A stretch of DNA of 64,000 nt from Saprolegnia diclina VS20 (Eukaryota). Below are positions 25,091 to 38,000 of the stretch, one piece after another (position 1 is the stretch's first letter; every line of letters starts with the position of its first letter). Under the pieces are notes generated by a model. It was not told the DNA's origin. It was given only the letters and a program-made list of their open reading frames with translations, and did not search any database. The stretch covers positions 225,727-289,726 of the forward strand of contig NW_008246096.1 of assembly GCF_000281045.1 (NCBI RefSeq), written 5' to 3'. The translations under genes and the position numbers were made by a program.

Positions 25091-27673
25091 CTACTTGGAG
25101 AGGACGGACCAGAACGCGTTCTGCGAGAGCTGCACGTTGCCGACCGTCTTCATGCGCTTCTTGCCCTCCTTTTGCTTCTTGAGCAGCTTTTGCTTGCGCG
25201 TAATGTCGCCGCCGCCGACCTGCTTGCCCGACTTGATCAAAACGTCCTTGCGGAACGGCGGGATGCGCTCCTTGGCAAAGATCTACACCGCCGCATGGGT
25301 ATATCGCCTGTATCGAGTCCGGACCTTGGCGCCAAGCGTCGCCTGGATGTTGATCTCATACTGCTGCCGGTCAATGACGTTCTTGAGCTTGAGGCAGAGC
25401 GCGCGGCCAGCCGCCGTCGCCTACGAGGAGCCTGAGTCCTCGAAAAGATCGTTGATAGGACCTTGGAACGGTGGCACACGAACGAAAGCGCGTCGAGGAT
25501 TTTGCCGTTGATGAGCACGTCGACCTTGACAATGTCGGCTTCCTGCGGCTCAATTTCGCGGTAGTTGAGCGACGCTACGCCCGATTTTGGGTTCAAGCAG
25601 ACGCGCGCCAGAGATTACCGTAGCCCGACGTGACGGTCTTGAGCTCGTTGTAAAAGTCGGTCACGACCTCTTGCCACGGGAGACGGAACGTGAGCGCGAC
25701 GCGGCTGTCGTCAAGGTACACCATGTTGGTTTGCTCGCCGCGGCGTTCCTACGCCACGCATAAGACCACAAGCAGGCAAGTCGGATGATGCACGTTGGTC
25801 GAGATGAGGATAGCGCCGACGTACTCGGCGGGCGTGATGATCGACGCTTCCACCATCGGCTCTTCGACGCGGTAGTACTTGGTCGACTCGGGAAACTCCC
25901 CGGGCGTCTCGACCTTGGTGCGCTCGCCGTCGGCATCAATGACCTACACATAAGAGCCGAGTGGGAGGATCTACCTCGCCACGAAGCGGGCGGGTACCGT
26001 GTAGGGCACCATGGGGGCGGTCACGAGCACTTGCATGTTTTGCTCGTCCGAGAGCCGCTGGTGGAAGACCTCCATGTGCAAGAGCCCGAGAAAGCCGCAG
26101 CGGTAGCCCATGCCGAGGGCGCCGCTGTTCTCGACCTGCGACGTCACGCTCGCGTCGTTGAGTGTGAGCTTGCCCATGGCCGTGCGGAGGTCGTCGAACG
26201 TGCACTCGTCCGTCGGGTACATGCTGGCAAACACCATGCTTTTGGCTTCCTGAATGCGAACGCGGTGAGCTTGAACAGTTGAGCCGCAGATTCGATGTAC
26301 CTGGAACCCCGGCAGCGCTTCGACGGGCTTGCCAGGATGGTGAAACGTGTCACCGACCCGCGCCTCGGTCGTCGTCTTCATACCTACAGCCAGAGTCCAT
26401 CGAGTGAAAAGAGAGAGGTAGGATACCAGCAATGATGTAGCCGACCTGGCCCGCGTAGAGCCTACGCCGACACGGTAGGTGCAATGAGACGTCAAGTCGA
26501 TGACGCACCCTTTGGTCGGGAAGCGGTGCGGCAAGAGAACGCCAACCTCCTGCACATCGTACGACGTCTTGGTCGCTGCGCTCGTCACCTACGCCGATGC
26601 TCACGACGGCGCCGAGTGAGACAATCACGGACCTTCTCGCCCGGTGCCAAGCAGCCGTCGACGACCTTGACGAGGCAGACGATGCCGCGGTAGTCGTCGT
26701 AGTACGAGTCCACGAGGAGGCACTTGAGCGGCGCGCTGCGGTTCGCGATGGGCGGCGGAAGGTACTCGATGACGGCCGGCAACACCTGTCACAAGCACGT
26801 TAGCAGAAGCAGAAGTCTTGGGAAGGGCCTGCCTCGTCGATACCAACACCACTCTTGGCGGACGTGAGCAGCACCGACTCGGGGTCGACATCTAGCGTCT
26901 TCATATCAATGTTCCATCCTAAGAGGTAGTAGACATATTACCCAGAAGCGCCGAGAGGCTCAACATGCCTTCCTCGGGCTGTGCGTGCGGCATGTCGATC
27001 TTGGTGAGAATCGGCACGACGCGGAGCCCGAGGTCCTTGGCCGCGTGGTACGTTGCCAGCGTCTGGGCTTGGATGCCTTGGGACGCATCCACGAGCAGCA
27101 AGACGCCTTCGCACGCGCTGAGCGACCGGCTTACTTCGTAGCTAAAATCCACGTGGCCTATGCGACGAATGAGGTGCCATGCTCGTCACGCCGTGTCGCG
27201 ACCTGGCGTGTCGACGAGGTTGAGAAGATACTGCTTGCCCGTCTTCTTGCAGCGATAGAGCATCGAGGCAGTCTGCGCCTTGACCGTAATCCCGCGCTCC
27301 CGCTCGACCTTGAGGTTGTCCAAGTGCTGCGCCGACTCGCGCTCTTTGGTCGTGATGTTGCCGCTGAGTTCGAGGAGCCGATCCGCAAGCGTCTGGTCGA
27401 TACCACCGTAAGAGCCCAACATGCAGTAAAGAGGACGAACGACGCACCGACTTGCCGTGGTCGATGTGGGCCACGATGCTAAAGTTGCGCGTGTTCTCGA
27501 CCTCGAGCTCGTGCATCTGCGAGGCAAAGATCTTGCCGAGCGTCTTGGGCGTGACGTCGTCTACGCGCCGTGCAGCATGAGCCGACAGCTAGCTAATGCT
27601 ACCTCTCGCTACCGGCGGCGGTGGAGCTAAAGCGCCGGGCGTGGAGCGCCCGACGGGCGGTGCGCAGCATCAT
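25091..27673 (-). CDS. GUF1: Mitochondrial translation factor GUF1 / LepA (EF4)
   Basis: [64 protein letters not shown]; Arg-rich presequence [17 protein letters not shown]. Confidence 0.95.
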
Positions 27674-27822
27674 CTCGAGTTGCCTTTCTAGCGACCAATC
27701 GCGTGCGACGAGCCATCAATGGACCAATCAAACAGCGTGTATCGCGAAGATTCCACCAATGGCATCGCGGCGACCGATTGGATGGCATCCTAATTGTCGA
27801 ACCCGAACGTCGAATCGTCCTC
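27674..27822. promoter_or_regulatory. 149-bp bidirectional promoter (GUF1 / ettA) with three CCAAT boxes
   Basis: Divergent ATGs at 27673 and 27823; CCAATC at ~27695 and ~27724; GATTGG at ~27776. Confidence 0.7.
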
Positions 27823-29099
27823 ATGTGGCGCCGCTTGCAGCTGACGCGAACGCCGCTTGTCCGCACGTTTGCGGCGACCAACAACGCTGGCGGTGGTACC
27901 CCCGGCGACTTTGTCGCGCATGTCAAGTCGGTCGGCGTGACGCTGCCCAACGGCAAGAAGCTCTTTGAGAACATCAACCTCGGCTTTCTCAACGGCGCCA
28001 AGATTGGCATCCTTGGCAGCAACGGAACGGGCAAGTCGTCGCTCATGAAGGTGCTTGCGGGCGTCACCAAGGAGTTTGAAGGCGAGCGCTGGTGCAAGCC
28101 GGGCTTGCGCATCGGCTACCTTCAGCAGGAGCCGTACCTCGACCCGACCAAGAACGTCTTTGAGAATGTCATGGATGGTATCAAGGAAACGACGGCGCTC
28201 CTCACGCGCTTCGACGAGGTAGCAGCACCCAAGAATATCCTCGCCCGAGGCTCATGCCAATTTGCAGGTCTCGGTGGCGATGGGCGAGCCGGACGCTGAC
28301 TTTGATAAGCTCCTCGACGAACAAGCGGCGCTGCAAGAACAGATCGAGGCTTTGGACTGCTGGGGTACATGCCTGCTACCCGAATGCAGTTGGTGCTGAC
28401 GTCATCGTAACGAATAGATCTCACGTACGAAGTGGAGCGTGCAATGGCGGCGCTGCGTGTGCCGGCGGGCGACTCGGACGTGACGGTGCTCTCGGGTGGC
28501 GAGCGTCGCCGCGTTGCGCTCTGCCGCCTCCTTTTGGAGAAACCCGACATTCTGCTTCTGGACGAGCCGACGAACCACTTGGACGCTGAGAGTGTGGCGT
28601 GGCTCGAGGCGTATCTCAAGAACTACAAGGGCACGGTGCTCTCGATCACGCACGACCGGTACTTCCTCGACAACGTCGCGGGCTGGATCCTCGAGCTCGA
28701 GCGCGGCGCCTACTTTGTTTACGAGGGCAACTACTCGTACTTCTTGGGGCAGAAGAAGAACCGCCTCAACATGGACAAGCGCCGCGAAGCGATTCGCGCG
28801 CGGCAGCTGGCGCAGGAGCTCGAGTGGGTTCAGACGCACCAGGGCAACAAGAAGGGTTCCAAGGCGCGCCAGAAGCAGATCGACGAGCTCAAGGGCGACG
28901 GTAGACCTACCCCTTTGAGAACGGCGCTATATCGTCCTTTAGGTGGCTTCCACACGATGGACGAAGGGCAGATTCTAATTCCGCGCGGCGCCCGCCTCGG
29001 CAACAAGGTCATGACCATCAACAACGTCTCCAAGACTCTCGATGGCAAGGTGCTGCTGGACAACGTCAACTTTGAGGTCGAACCCAAGTCGATTGTGGG

Positions 29100-29132
<33 letters not shown>

Positions 29133-29704
29133 GCTCTTCAACATCATCACAGGCAACCTCGAGCCGGATGCTGGCAACGTGACGCTCGGCAAGACCGTGT
29201 CGCTCGGCTTTGTGTCGCAGTCGCGCGGCGACCTCCGCGGCGTCAACACGGTCTACGAAGAGATCTCGGGCGACAACGAGTTTGTTGAAGTCAACGGCGA
29301 GCGCATCAACACGCGCGCGTACATTGCGTCGTTCAACCTCAAGGGCCCGATGCAGGAAAAGAAGGTACGTACCTCTCGCTGGGATGTTGCAACTGACAAC
29401 GACACAGGTCTCGCAACTCAGTGGCGGGGAGCGCAACCGCGTGCACTTGGCCAAGATGCTCTTGGGCGGTCACAATGTGATTTTGCTCGATGAACCGACC
29501 AACGATCTGGATGTCGACACGCTGCGGTCGCTCGAGATGGCGCTCGTCGACTTTGACGGCGTCTCGCTCGTCATTTCGCACGATCGGTGGTTCCTCGACC
29601 GCATCGCGACGCACATTCTGTCGTACGACGGCAGCGGCAAGGCCACGTACTTTAGCGGCAACTACTCGGAGTTTGAAGCCGCGCGGGCCAAGGGCCTTGT
29701 CTAA
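27823..29704 (+). CDS. ettA: ABC-F translational throttle EttA (YjjK/ChvD-like) with presequence
   Basis: [55 protein letters not shown], second [11 protein letters not shown] and [13 protein letters not shown]; no TM segments; N-terminus [17 protein letters not shown]. Confidence 0.92.
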
Positions 29705-31680
29705 ATGTCCTTCCGCACGCGATCGATGGGTATAAATGCATGTATTAATACACAAAGGCGTGTGCGCCTGCTATTTGTACAAGGACCACGGGCGATTATT
29801 TTGATGGAAGATCCGCAAAGACGATCCGCCGAAAGTGCAATGTGCAGTGGAGAGAGGATCACGGGCCGCGTGTCAACGCGTGCAACGACGTGCGCGTCGC
29901 ACGGGCGACGAGCTGAGCAGTAAGGAGCGAAGGAGATGCAAAGGACACGTTATGGCGACGCAGCGGCGCGACGTGCTGTGGCGGGCGGCGCGCCAGCAGC
30001 TCGTGGAGCGATGGCAGCTCATAGGCCGGAAGTCGAAGCGGGTCGGTCGGGCTGCACATGCTTGCGTGTGGTCATATATCGTCGTATCGGAGGCTGCGCG
30101 TTGAAATATGAACGATGCGTGATGCGCAAGCGGCGGCGAAATCTTCGACGGATTCTCGAAGATTTGCGCGCGAAAATGTCGAGCGTTTCGAACGTCGAAT
30201 TCAAATTAACCGGATGCTGATACACGTACATCCGGACAACCCGCGTTCTTCAACGAGGGGGACCGGCCAAAAAGAAGGGCGGCGCCCCGCCTCTTGGCAA
30301 CATCCCACCACAACGAGCTCAAGGAGCGTACGCGGTGCGCTTCGATGGGCTCGAGCACGGAGCGAATAGCACGAGTGAGTACACTGTACTACTACTTGCC
30401 ATGGGGTAGTAAGGCGCCGTGGCCTGCCGTGTCAGCTGTGTCAGCTGCGGGCGGGCGACGAGGGCCACGGGTCCTGTTTATATACATGCCACAGCATGTT
30501 AATTGATCAGATTGAGGGCGTGCTTAGAACCATGTGGCGCGGCGCGTCGGCGTGGGGCCTCTCCTCGAACGTCGGAAACGGCGCGATTTTTCTGGCCCGG
30601 CTCGGTGTCGAGAACGAGCGCGAAGCCGATCCACTATCCTATCCCAACCATTGCGTGGCCGCGATTGGGAGAGCAAATATGCGCTCTCTGCCATAGCATT
30701 TCACAATAGACAATATGTGCTATGACGTCAGCCGAACGGCGGCCCGTTTCATAAGGAAGACGAGCGGCGCATGTGGTGGCAACGCGTACACACGTGTGTG
30801 TGGAAGGGAGGTCGTCTTCGTTGCCAAGGAGAAACTTCGTCTTCAACCTGCGCCGATGTAATGCACCGCCGTGACGAGTGGCCGACACGATTGCAAACCC
30901 CTCTGCTTTGCGGACCACTGAATCGGCCGGTTGGCAACACATCCCAGCGTAGTACAGTACTGTGTAGGTAAGGTACCTACGCGCCTTGCCCGAGCAAGCA
31001 TACAAACGAAGAGTGTTTGGGCATGAATTAAAAAATAGAAAAATCACCTCGCGTTAAAACGATAGTACTGGGACATGTGCGACATGTTGTGGTCAGTGAC
31101 CCCACTGGACGGTGACGCAGAGCGGCTTCGCGGCGTCCGTGACGGCAGCACCGACGCCAGCCTCTCCCACTCCACTACCAACCGCGTATCCTTTCCTTCT
31201 TCGTCGTCGTCCTCGATGGTACGCGGCAGCGCAGTATGCTCGCCCTCGGTCCCTTCGAACTTCGCGCGATGGCGTCGACAGGCGGCAACGGCAGCCGTCT
31301 TTTTTTATGGTCAATTGAATTGCACATACATCTCTCTACATTTGTATGCAGCAAAAACTTTAGTAATAAAAACACACGCGGCGCACCAGATGGGTATCAA
31401 AATGGCCACCAGATCTTATCGGGTATACAAACACCAAGTAAAAAGCGTGAGTCACATTGGCATACAAACATCCAATATAGCGAAAGTGACTTGGCGTTTG
31501 TATATAGCAGGGCCCGAATGCCAGCTGGCGTTCATATGGCTTTCATTTTCCATTTGGCTCAACGACGCACACTTGCGGAGAAAGCCGCAGCACGTACTAC
31601 ACGGTACTTTAGCAGCTGTTCGCCCAAGTGTTTAAGAAGCTCCTCCGCCGCCGCTACTCCCGCCCTTGCCGCCATCGACC

Positions 31681-32781
31681 ATGAACCGCAACGACTACAG
31701 CTACTCGCCCAACCACATGATGCAGGCGCAGCACCACCACCAGGGCCGCATGTACATGGACAAGGGCCACCCGGGCGACTTTGGCCAAATGATGGCGCAC
31801 CACCAGGGCCCGCCGTCGCACCACGCGCCGCCGCACCACGCCGCGCACCACGCGCCGTCGCACCATGCGCCGCCGCACCACACGCCGGCCCACCACCAAG
31901 GCCCGCCGAGCCATGCCCACCACGCGCCCGCGCACATGGGCCACCACAATGGCGAGTTTGATCATGAGCCGCTCGTGTTGAACAATGGCCATCCGCAGCA
32001 TGGCTTTTACCAGCAAATGAACGCGCCGATGCTGCACGTGTCGACCGACTTTTCCAACGTCAACAACATGAACGGCTCGATGCACAACGATCACGACGAC
32101 ATGGACGACAACAAGTCGATCAACGGCCAGAAGCGGTCGCGCGAAGAGCTCAACCAGAAGGAGAAGAAGCGCATGTTCAAGCTCAACGAGACCATCCACC
32201 AGCTCAAAAAGTCGCTCGACGACGCGGGCGTCTCGTGCAAGAAGAACAAGCAGTCGATCCTTGACAACACGGTGCACTACATCTCGATGCTGCGCAACGA
32301 CCTCGTCATTGCCAAGCAAAAGGCCGACCACGCCGAGCGCATGCTGCACTCGACGGGCGGCGGCCACAAGACAGACGCGCCGTTCGACCGGTACTTTGAA
32401 AACTCGAGCACGCCGACGCTCCTTATGACGCTCGACCTCCAAGTCGTGCGGGCGAACCGGACGTTCCGGGAAGCCACGGGCTACAGCGAAGATGCGCTCA
32501 AGAACAAGGAGGTGCTGCTCGGCTGCCTCAGCGCCGACCTCGGCCGCGCGCGCAGCCTCGTGCACAACGCTGTCGACTCGCGCAAGACGGTGCGAACTGT
32601 CGTCCAGAACGCTGTCGCGAACGGCCGCGCCACGAGCAGCTTGTCGCTGACGTTATTATTGGACCCGCAAGGCAACCCCGAGTGCCTCGAGTGCGTCCTC
32701 ATCCCGATGGAGGACGACCAGGCGCAGTACGACATGCTCAAGGAGGACGTCAACCTCGACGAAGTCAGCGGCCTTGTATAG
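31681..32781 (+). CDS. bHLH-PAS transcription factor with His/Pro-rich N-terminus (intronless)
   Basis: bHLH: LNQKEKKRMFKLNETIHQLKKSL...NKQSILDNTVHYISML. PAS: YFENSSTPTLLMTLDLQVVRANRTFREATGYSEDAL. Confidence 0.88.
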   Translation: MNRNDYSYSPNHMMQAQHHHQGRMYMDKGHPGDFGQMMAHHQGPPSHHAPPHHAAHHAPSHHAPPHHTPAHHQGPPSHAHHAPAHMGHHNGEFDHEPLVLNNGHPQHGFYQQMNAPMLHVSTDFSNVNNMNGSMHNDHDDMDDNKSINGQKRSREELNQKEKKRMFKLNETIHQLKKSLDDAGVSCKKNKQSILDNTVHYISMLRNDLVIAKQKADHAERMLHSTGGGHKTDAPFDRYFENSSTPTLLMTLDLQVVRANRTFREATGYSEDALKNKEVLLGCLSADLGRARSLVHNAVDSRKTVRTVVQNAVANGRATSSLSLTLLLDPQGNPECLECVLIPMEDDQAQYDMLKEDVNLDEVSGLV

Positions 32782-32892
32782 ATTAGCTTTAGCCCTTTAC
32801 GTAGTAGATATCCCGATATACACATCGCCTTATATATGCCTTGGAGACTCATCGTGGCGTTTCCCGCCTCGGGATGGCTATTTTGGTTGTCC

Positions 32893-34433
32893 ATGAAACA
32901 CGTGGCGGCGCGCCCGCGTGGCGTCTACCTCAGTCCGTACCTCACCTGCGCGCAGTGCAACGCGCTCAACGTTGTCAACGCGTACCGCCTCGGGCCGGCC
33001 ACGACCCTTGGGCGACGCGGCCTCGGCCTCGGACGGGAGGTCCTCCCCGAGTGCGTGGGCTGTGGGCGCACGCTGGCCTTGCACGTTGGCGCGACCAACC
33101 ACGCGCCGGCCCTCGCGTCCGAAGCCGCCGCCTTTCACCACGCCCAGCACATTCGTGCCGCGGCCGGCTTGACGCTGCAGGTGCGTCATGGCCCTAGTTC
33201 GCCATCTTGCAGGACGAGCAGTGGCGTGTCTTTGTAGCGCATCGTCCGCGGCGGCCTCGCACGACTGGAAGCGGGCCGCCGGCGCCGCGCCAAAGCCGCG
33301 CGTGACGCTCTCGAGCGCCGCGCGGCGACGCTGCTGCAGCGGCGCGTGCGGGGCATGCAGACGCGGCAGCGCACGAGGATCCAATCGGGCGTGTGGCTCA
33401 TCGCGTGGACGCACCCGACGCTGCTCGGAACGCTCTTGCGCGAGGCGTCGGCCGCGACGGCGCGCGTGTTTTGGTTTACTGACACGGCGGACCTTGCGCT
33501 CGTCCAAGCCGACTACCGTGCATACGTGCGACGTGCGGGGCCGGCCATGACGTGACGTGTGTATGCGACCGTATGCGATCTTACGCCATGCGTGTAGGTT
33601 GCGCCGCTTCGAAGGCAACGTTCTCCTTTTGGTCCACCGCATATGGGCGATGCAGCATCGCATGGCAGCGCGGATCCAAGCACGTTGGCGGTAACGCTGT
33701 CATCGTGTCTGTCGCGCAGCCTCGCTGTAATGCCATGTCTTGTGGGATAGCGGGATGCAGCTCCGACACGTTCTCCGCATCTACCTGTGCGAGCTCGGGC
33801 GACTGCGGGAAGTGTGGCACTGCTGCGCTGGCCTCATCCAGCGCAACTGGCGCCGCGTCCGTGCGCGCCGACACTGCGACCAACGCCGGGCGACCGCCGT
33901 GCGCCAGCGCATCGCGGGAACCAACGGCGTCGGGCCGCGCCGGCCACGCCTTCTCCTCGACGTTCGCCGCGTGCGGGCCGCGTACGCCCAGCACCACCGC
34001 CGCACCGACAAGGTCGCGGGCTACCTCGTACGACGATGATGATGCGCGTGCGCGATGGAGCACTCAGGCGGTCCTTCTAGGCGCACCCGCACGTGGATCT
34101 GCTTGCCGACAACGACGTGCTCCAGACCTTTGCGGCCACATACGGCGCCGTGACGTCGTCGGCGATGCAGCGGCACCACGCCGCCCACGTCGACGCGCGG
34201 CGTAAGATTCATGCGTTTGTGGCCAAGGCGACAGGCCGCTGACACAGATGGGCGTGGCATCTGCGCGACCGTCGGTGCCACGCACCATATGCAAAGGCGG
34301 GCGGCGGAGCTTTCCCCGGGCAAGTATCTTTCTCGCTAAGGAAGCCCCTTCGAGACCACGCCTCCACCTCCGCCGTCCCCATGTGGCTGCGCGAGCGGCG
34401 CGCGACCCATCAGATGGCCATCCCCCGCCCTAG
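32893..34433 (+). CDS. Hypothetical IQ-motif protein with N-terminal CxxC pairs (spliced; 3' end uncertain)
   Basis: CAQC and CVGC; IQ-like ATLLQRRVRGMQTR and AGLIQRNWRRVRAR in successive exons. Confidence 0.45.
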
Positions 34434-35065
34434 CGTAATACCACCACGCAGGTGCCGGTCGTTTCCCAAGCCAACCTCCTCATCGTGGGTGCCACGGACG
34501 ACGAAGCAAGCTTGCTTTTGGCGAGCCCACACGAACATGTCCATGGACGGTACATGGTATCATGGATCCAGCCGGCGAGTGGGCAGTGCCTGGCGTCAGC
34601 CAAATGCTGCGATAGCAGCAACGCATCGAACATGCGCATGCACCAGTGGAAGATGGGCTGCGAGATGCTACGCCGCATGTCTGTCGTTCGAATGCACCCA
34701 CGATCTTCTCGCACAACTGCACGACTCTCGGCGCGACCTTATTTGGCTGCCACGTCACGGTCTTGAGACACACTTGATACATTTTCTATCATTTGAGACG
34801 AAATGGATAAATGCTCGATCCCGTAAAATTCCACGGACGCGGTCTGGATCTTTTTTTAGCTGTTGTCGATAATACAATGCGTAAACGCTACTGGGTATAC
34901 AAAATGCGAGTGCAATGGAACCGCATTTAAAAAATAGGAAAAGAAATACGATTAAAATATTCTGGTGCAGGTGCTGGCCGTTGTACCCAGCATCCCGGTT
35001 CCGAGACGAGAATGGCGGACCAACATACCTCGTCCCGCCCCGTGGCCCGGAGACGACGACGACGC

Positions 35066-38000
35066 ATGGGCCGATGGCTCCTCTTGCTGGCGCTGGCGCT
35101 GCCGCCGGCCACGGCCACGCTGCTGGACAAGGACCTCGCGCTCTCGTGCACGCCGCTCCAGAAGAACCAGGTGACGCCGACCAACAACTATTGCGGTGTC
35201 GACATGCGCCTCGCCTTTGCCGTGCCCGTGGACCTGCCGCGTGACGCGGCGCCGACGAACCTCACGTCGTCGTGCACGCTGAACCAGATTCCGTTGCCCA
35301 ACACGACGCTGGCGCTTGACGCGGCGTCGTCGTGGAAGCTGCACGTCGGCTACACGGTGCAGCTCGGCGACCCCGACTCGGAGCCCGGCATGACGCGCAT
35401 TCAATGCAAAGTGATGGCGAAGGGCGTGTCGACGCCAATCGCTACGGTCGACGACACGGTACCGATGGCCATCTATGCGTACCCGCCCGAGGTCGACGCC
35501 GTCGAGATTGTCGTCCCCAAGGCTGCGCCCACATCCGCGCCCGTTGCGACGCCCAGCGACGATGCCGCAGCAACGCCGGCGCCAACGCCAGCGCCAGCTA
35601 TTGGCATTGACCAAACTGTCGCGTTCTCCCTCGTGACCAAGTCCAACCATGACGTGGCGGGCAAGTGCAATTTGCAGCCCATCGGCCATACGATCGACAT
35701 TCGCGCCTCCAAGGGCTCGTACGTCGTTGCCAAGGGTGATCCCTTCGTGCTAGCCGGTGGCATGTCGTACCAGTGCAACGTCACGGACGACGCGGGCAAC
35801 GTTGCGAGCGCACGCGGTGTCGTCACCAGCCACGGCGTGCTCGTCGACGGGACACTTCCGATCCTCGAGAGCATCTTTATGGTCTTTTCGTCCGAAGTGC
35901 CCGCCAAGATTGGGTCGCTCGTGACAATTTCGCTCCAGGCGGCCAACCGCACGAGCGGCTACTTTGGCAACTGCACTGTCAACGGCGTTGGCGGCATTGA
36001 GCTCTCGGAGACGTCGGACGCGCACGGCGGGCTGTACATGGCCAAGTACCTCGTCAACGCCGGCGACCGTGACATCCCGATCAACGGCACACTGCCGCTC
36101 GAGTGCCGCGTCGCCAACGATGCCGGCAACACGTACGTCTTTACGGCCGACCCAAAGCTCGACTTTTCGATCGACGCCAACCGGCCAACGATCTCGGCCA
36201 CGACGCTGCTCTTCTCGTCCGACGACCCGGCCCACGTCGACAGCGTCATCGAAGTGCAAATTCGCACCAGCCACGAAACGACGGCCCTCACTGTGCACAA
36301 GGACGACTGCGAAATCAACAACGCGACCGTCGTACGTGCTTGCACCACGCGCGCCCCATCGTTATTTCTATCGGCTGTAGGCCAAGAGCTTTACGCGGTC
36401 AGGCCTCGACACGTATCTACTGACCTATGTGCTGGGGAAGGAAGACTCGATGTGGAAGCCCGGCAAACTCCCGATCAACTGCGCCCTCCAAGACGCAGGC
36501 GGCAACGTCGTGGTCCGTGCCGACCTCTTTACGCTCGGTCGTTGCTGACGATGCGTAGGTCGTCGACGCATTTACGGACGGCAACACGCTCTTTGCCCGC
36601 GAGCTCAAGCCGTACGAGTTTGACCCGACAAAGGACTTTGCCGCGTACCTCCCGGACCGCCTCGCGCTGCTTTCGTTTATCATTGTCGCGATCGCGTCCC
36701 ATACGATCGCAAACTTCTTTCCCTTTGTGGGCCTCCCGCGCATCACGGGGTACCTCGCCACCGGCATTGTCGCTGGCCCGTACGTCCTCGGCTTGATCAC
36801 GGCCAACGAGACCCTCCAGATGCGGTACGCTCTCGCTCTACTAGATATTGTCGCAGCGTGCTGATGCCGTCGTAGGTTTGTCGACGAAGTGTCGCTCGCG
36901 TACATTGGGTTGGCGGCCGGCGCCAAGTTGCACTGGTCTGAGATGCGCCGGAAGCTCAAGAGCATCATGTGCGTCACGATCTGGCTCACGTTTTTTGAGT
37001 ACATTGTCGGGACGCTCACCATCATTGTGCTCGCCAACCACCTCGTGTTCCTGCAGAGCACGACGTCGACCGAGCGCTACGCCATCTCGATGCTCGCCGG
37101 CTGCATGATGATTGCGCGGTCGCCGTCGTCGGCGCTCGCCGTCATTGAAGAGACCGGGTCCCAAGGCCACTTTACCACGTTCCTTTTCTCGGTCACGGTG
37201 CTCTGCGACGTGGTCGTCATCGTGCTCTTCAACGTCAACAACATGATCACGGAAGCGTTCCTCTCCAACAAGAGCGTCTCGTCCGCGAGCGTGTTTGAGC
37301 TGATCGGTGAAATGGCCATCTCGATCGGCGTCGGCGTCGTCGCGGCCAAGGTCATCTCGTACGTGGTGCTGTGGCGGACGCCGCGCGTGCGCCGGAAGAG
37401 CCGTCTGTACATTTTGCTGCGGCTCTGCAAGCAAGCGGTGATTCTGCTCTTTGGCTTTTCCCTCTTCGTGCTCGGGCACCTCTGCCGTCCGTGGCTCGAA
37501 CCGCTCATGTGCTGCATGGTGGCCGGCGCCACCTTGTACAACTGGAACCCGACCTCGAACCGCGAAGAGCTCTCGCTCCTGCTCAAGAACATGGCCGACT
37601 TTGTCTACGTCGGCTTCTTTACGCTCACGGGCGCGTCGCTTGAGCTCGATATGCTCGTCAAGGCGCTCGCGGTTTCGCTCGTGCTGTGCATCACGCGCAT
37701 AGTTGCTATCTTTCTCGGGGCGTACGTCGGTGGCACGATCGCCAAGGAGAACCCGATGCACAACAAGGTGTCGTGGATGGGGTACATAACGCAGGCCGGC
37801 GTCACGCTCGGTCTCGCCAAGAAGATCCAGCTCTTGTACCCGGGCTGGGGCAGCTACTTTGCGACCATGATCGTCTCGGTCGTTATCTTCAACCAGCTGC
37901 TCGGGCCGCCCTTGCTGCGCATGGTGCTGCGCTACGTCGGCGACTGCCGCCAAAAGGAGAACGGCAAGGTCGACGGGCTCCGGTCGCTCATCATTGGCGA

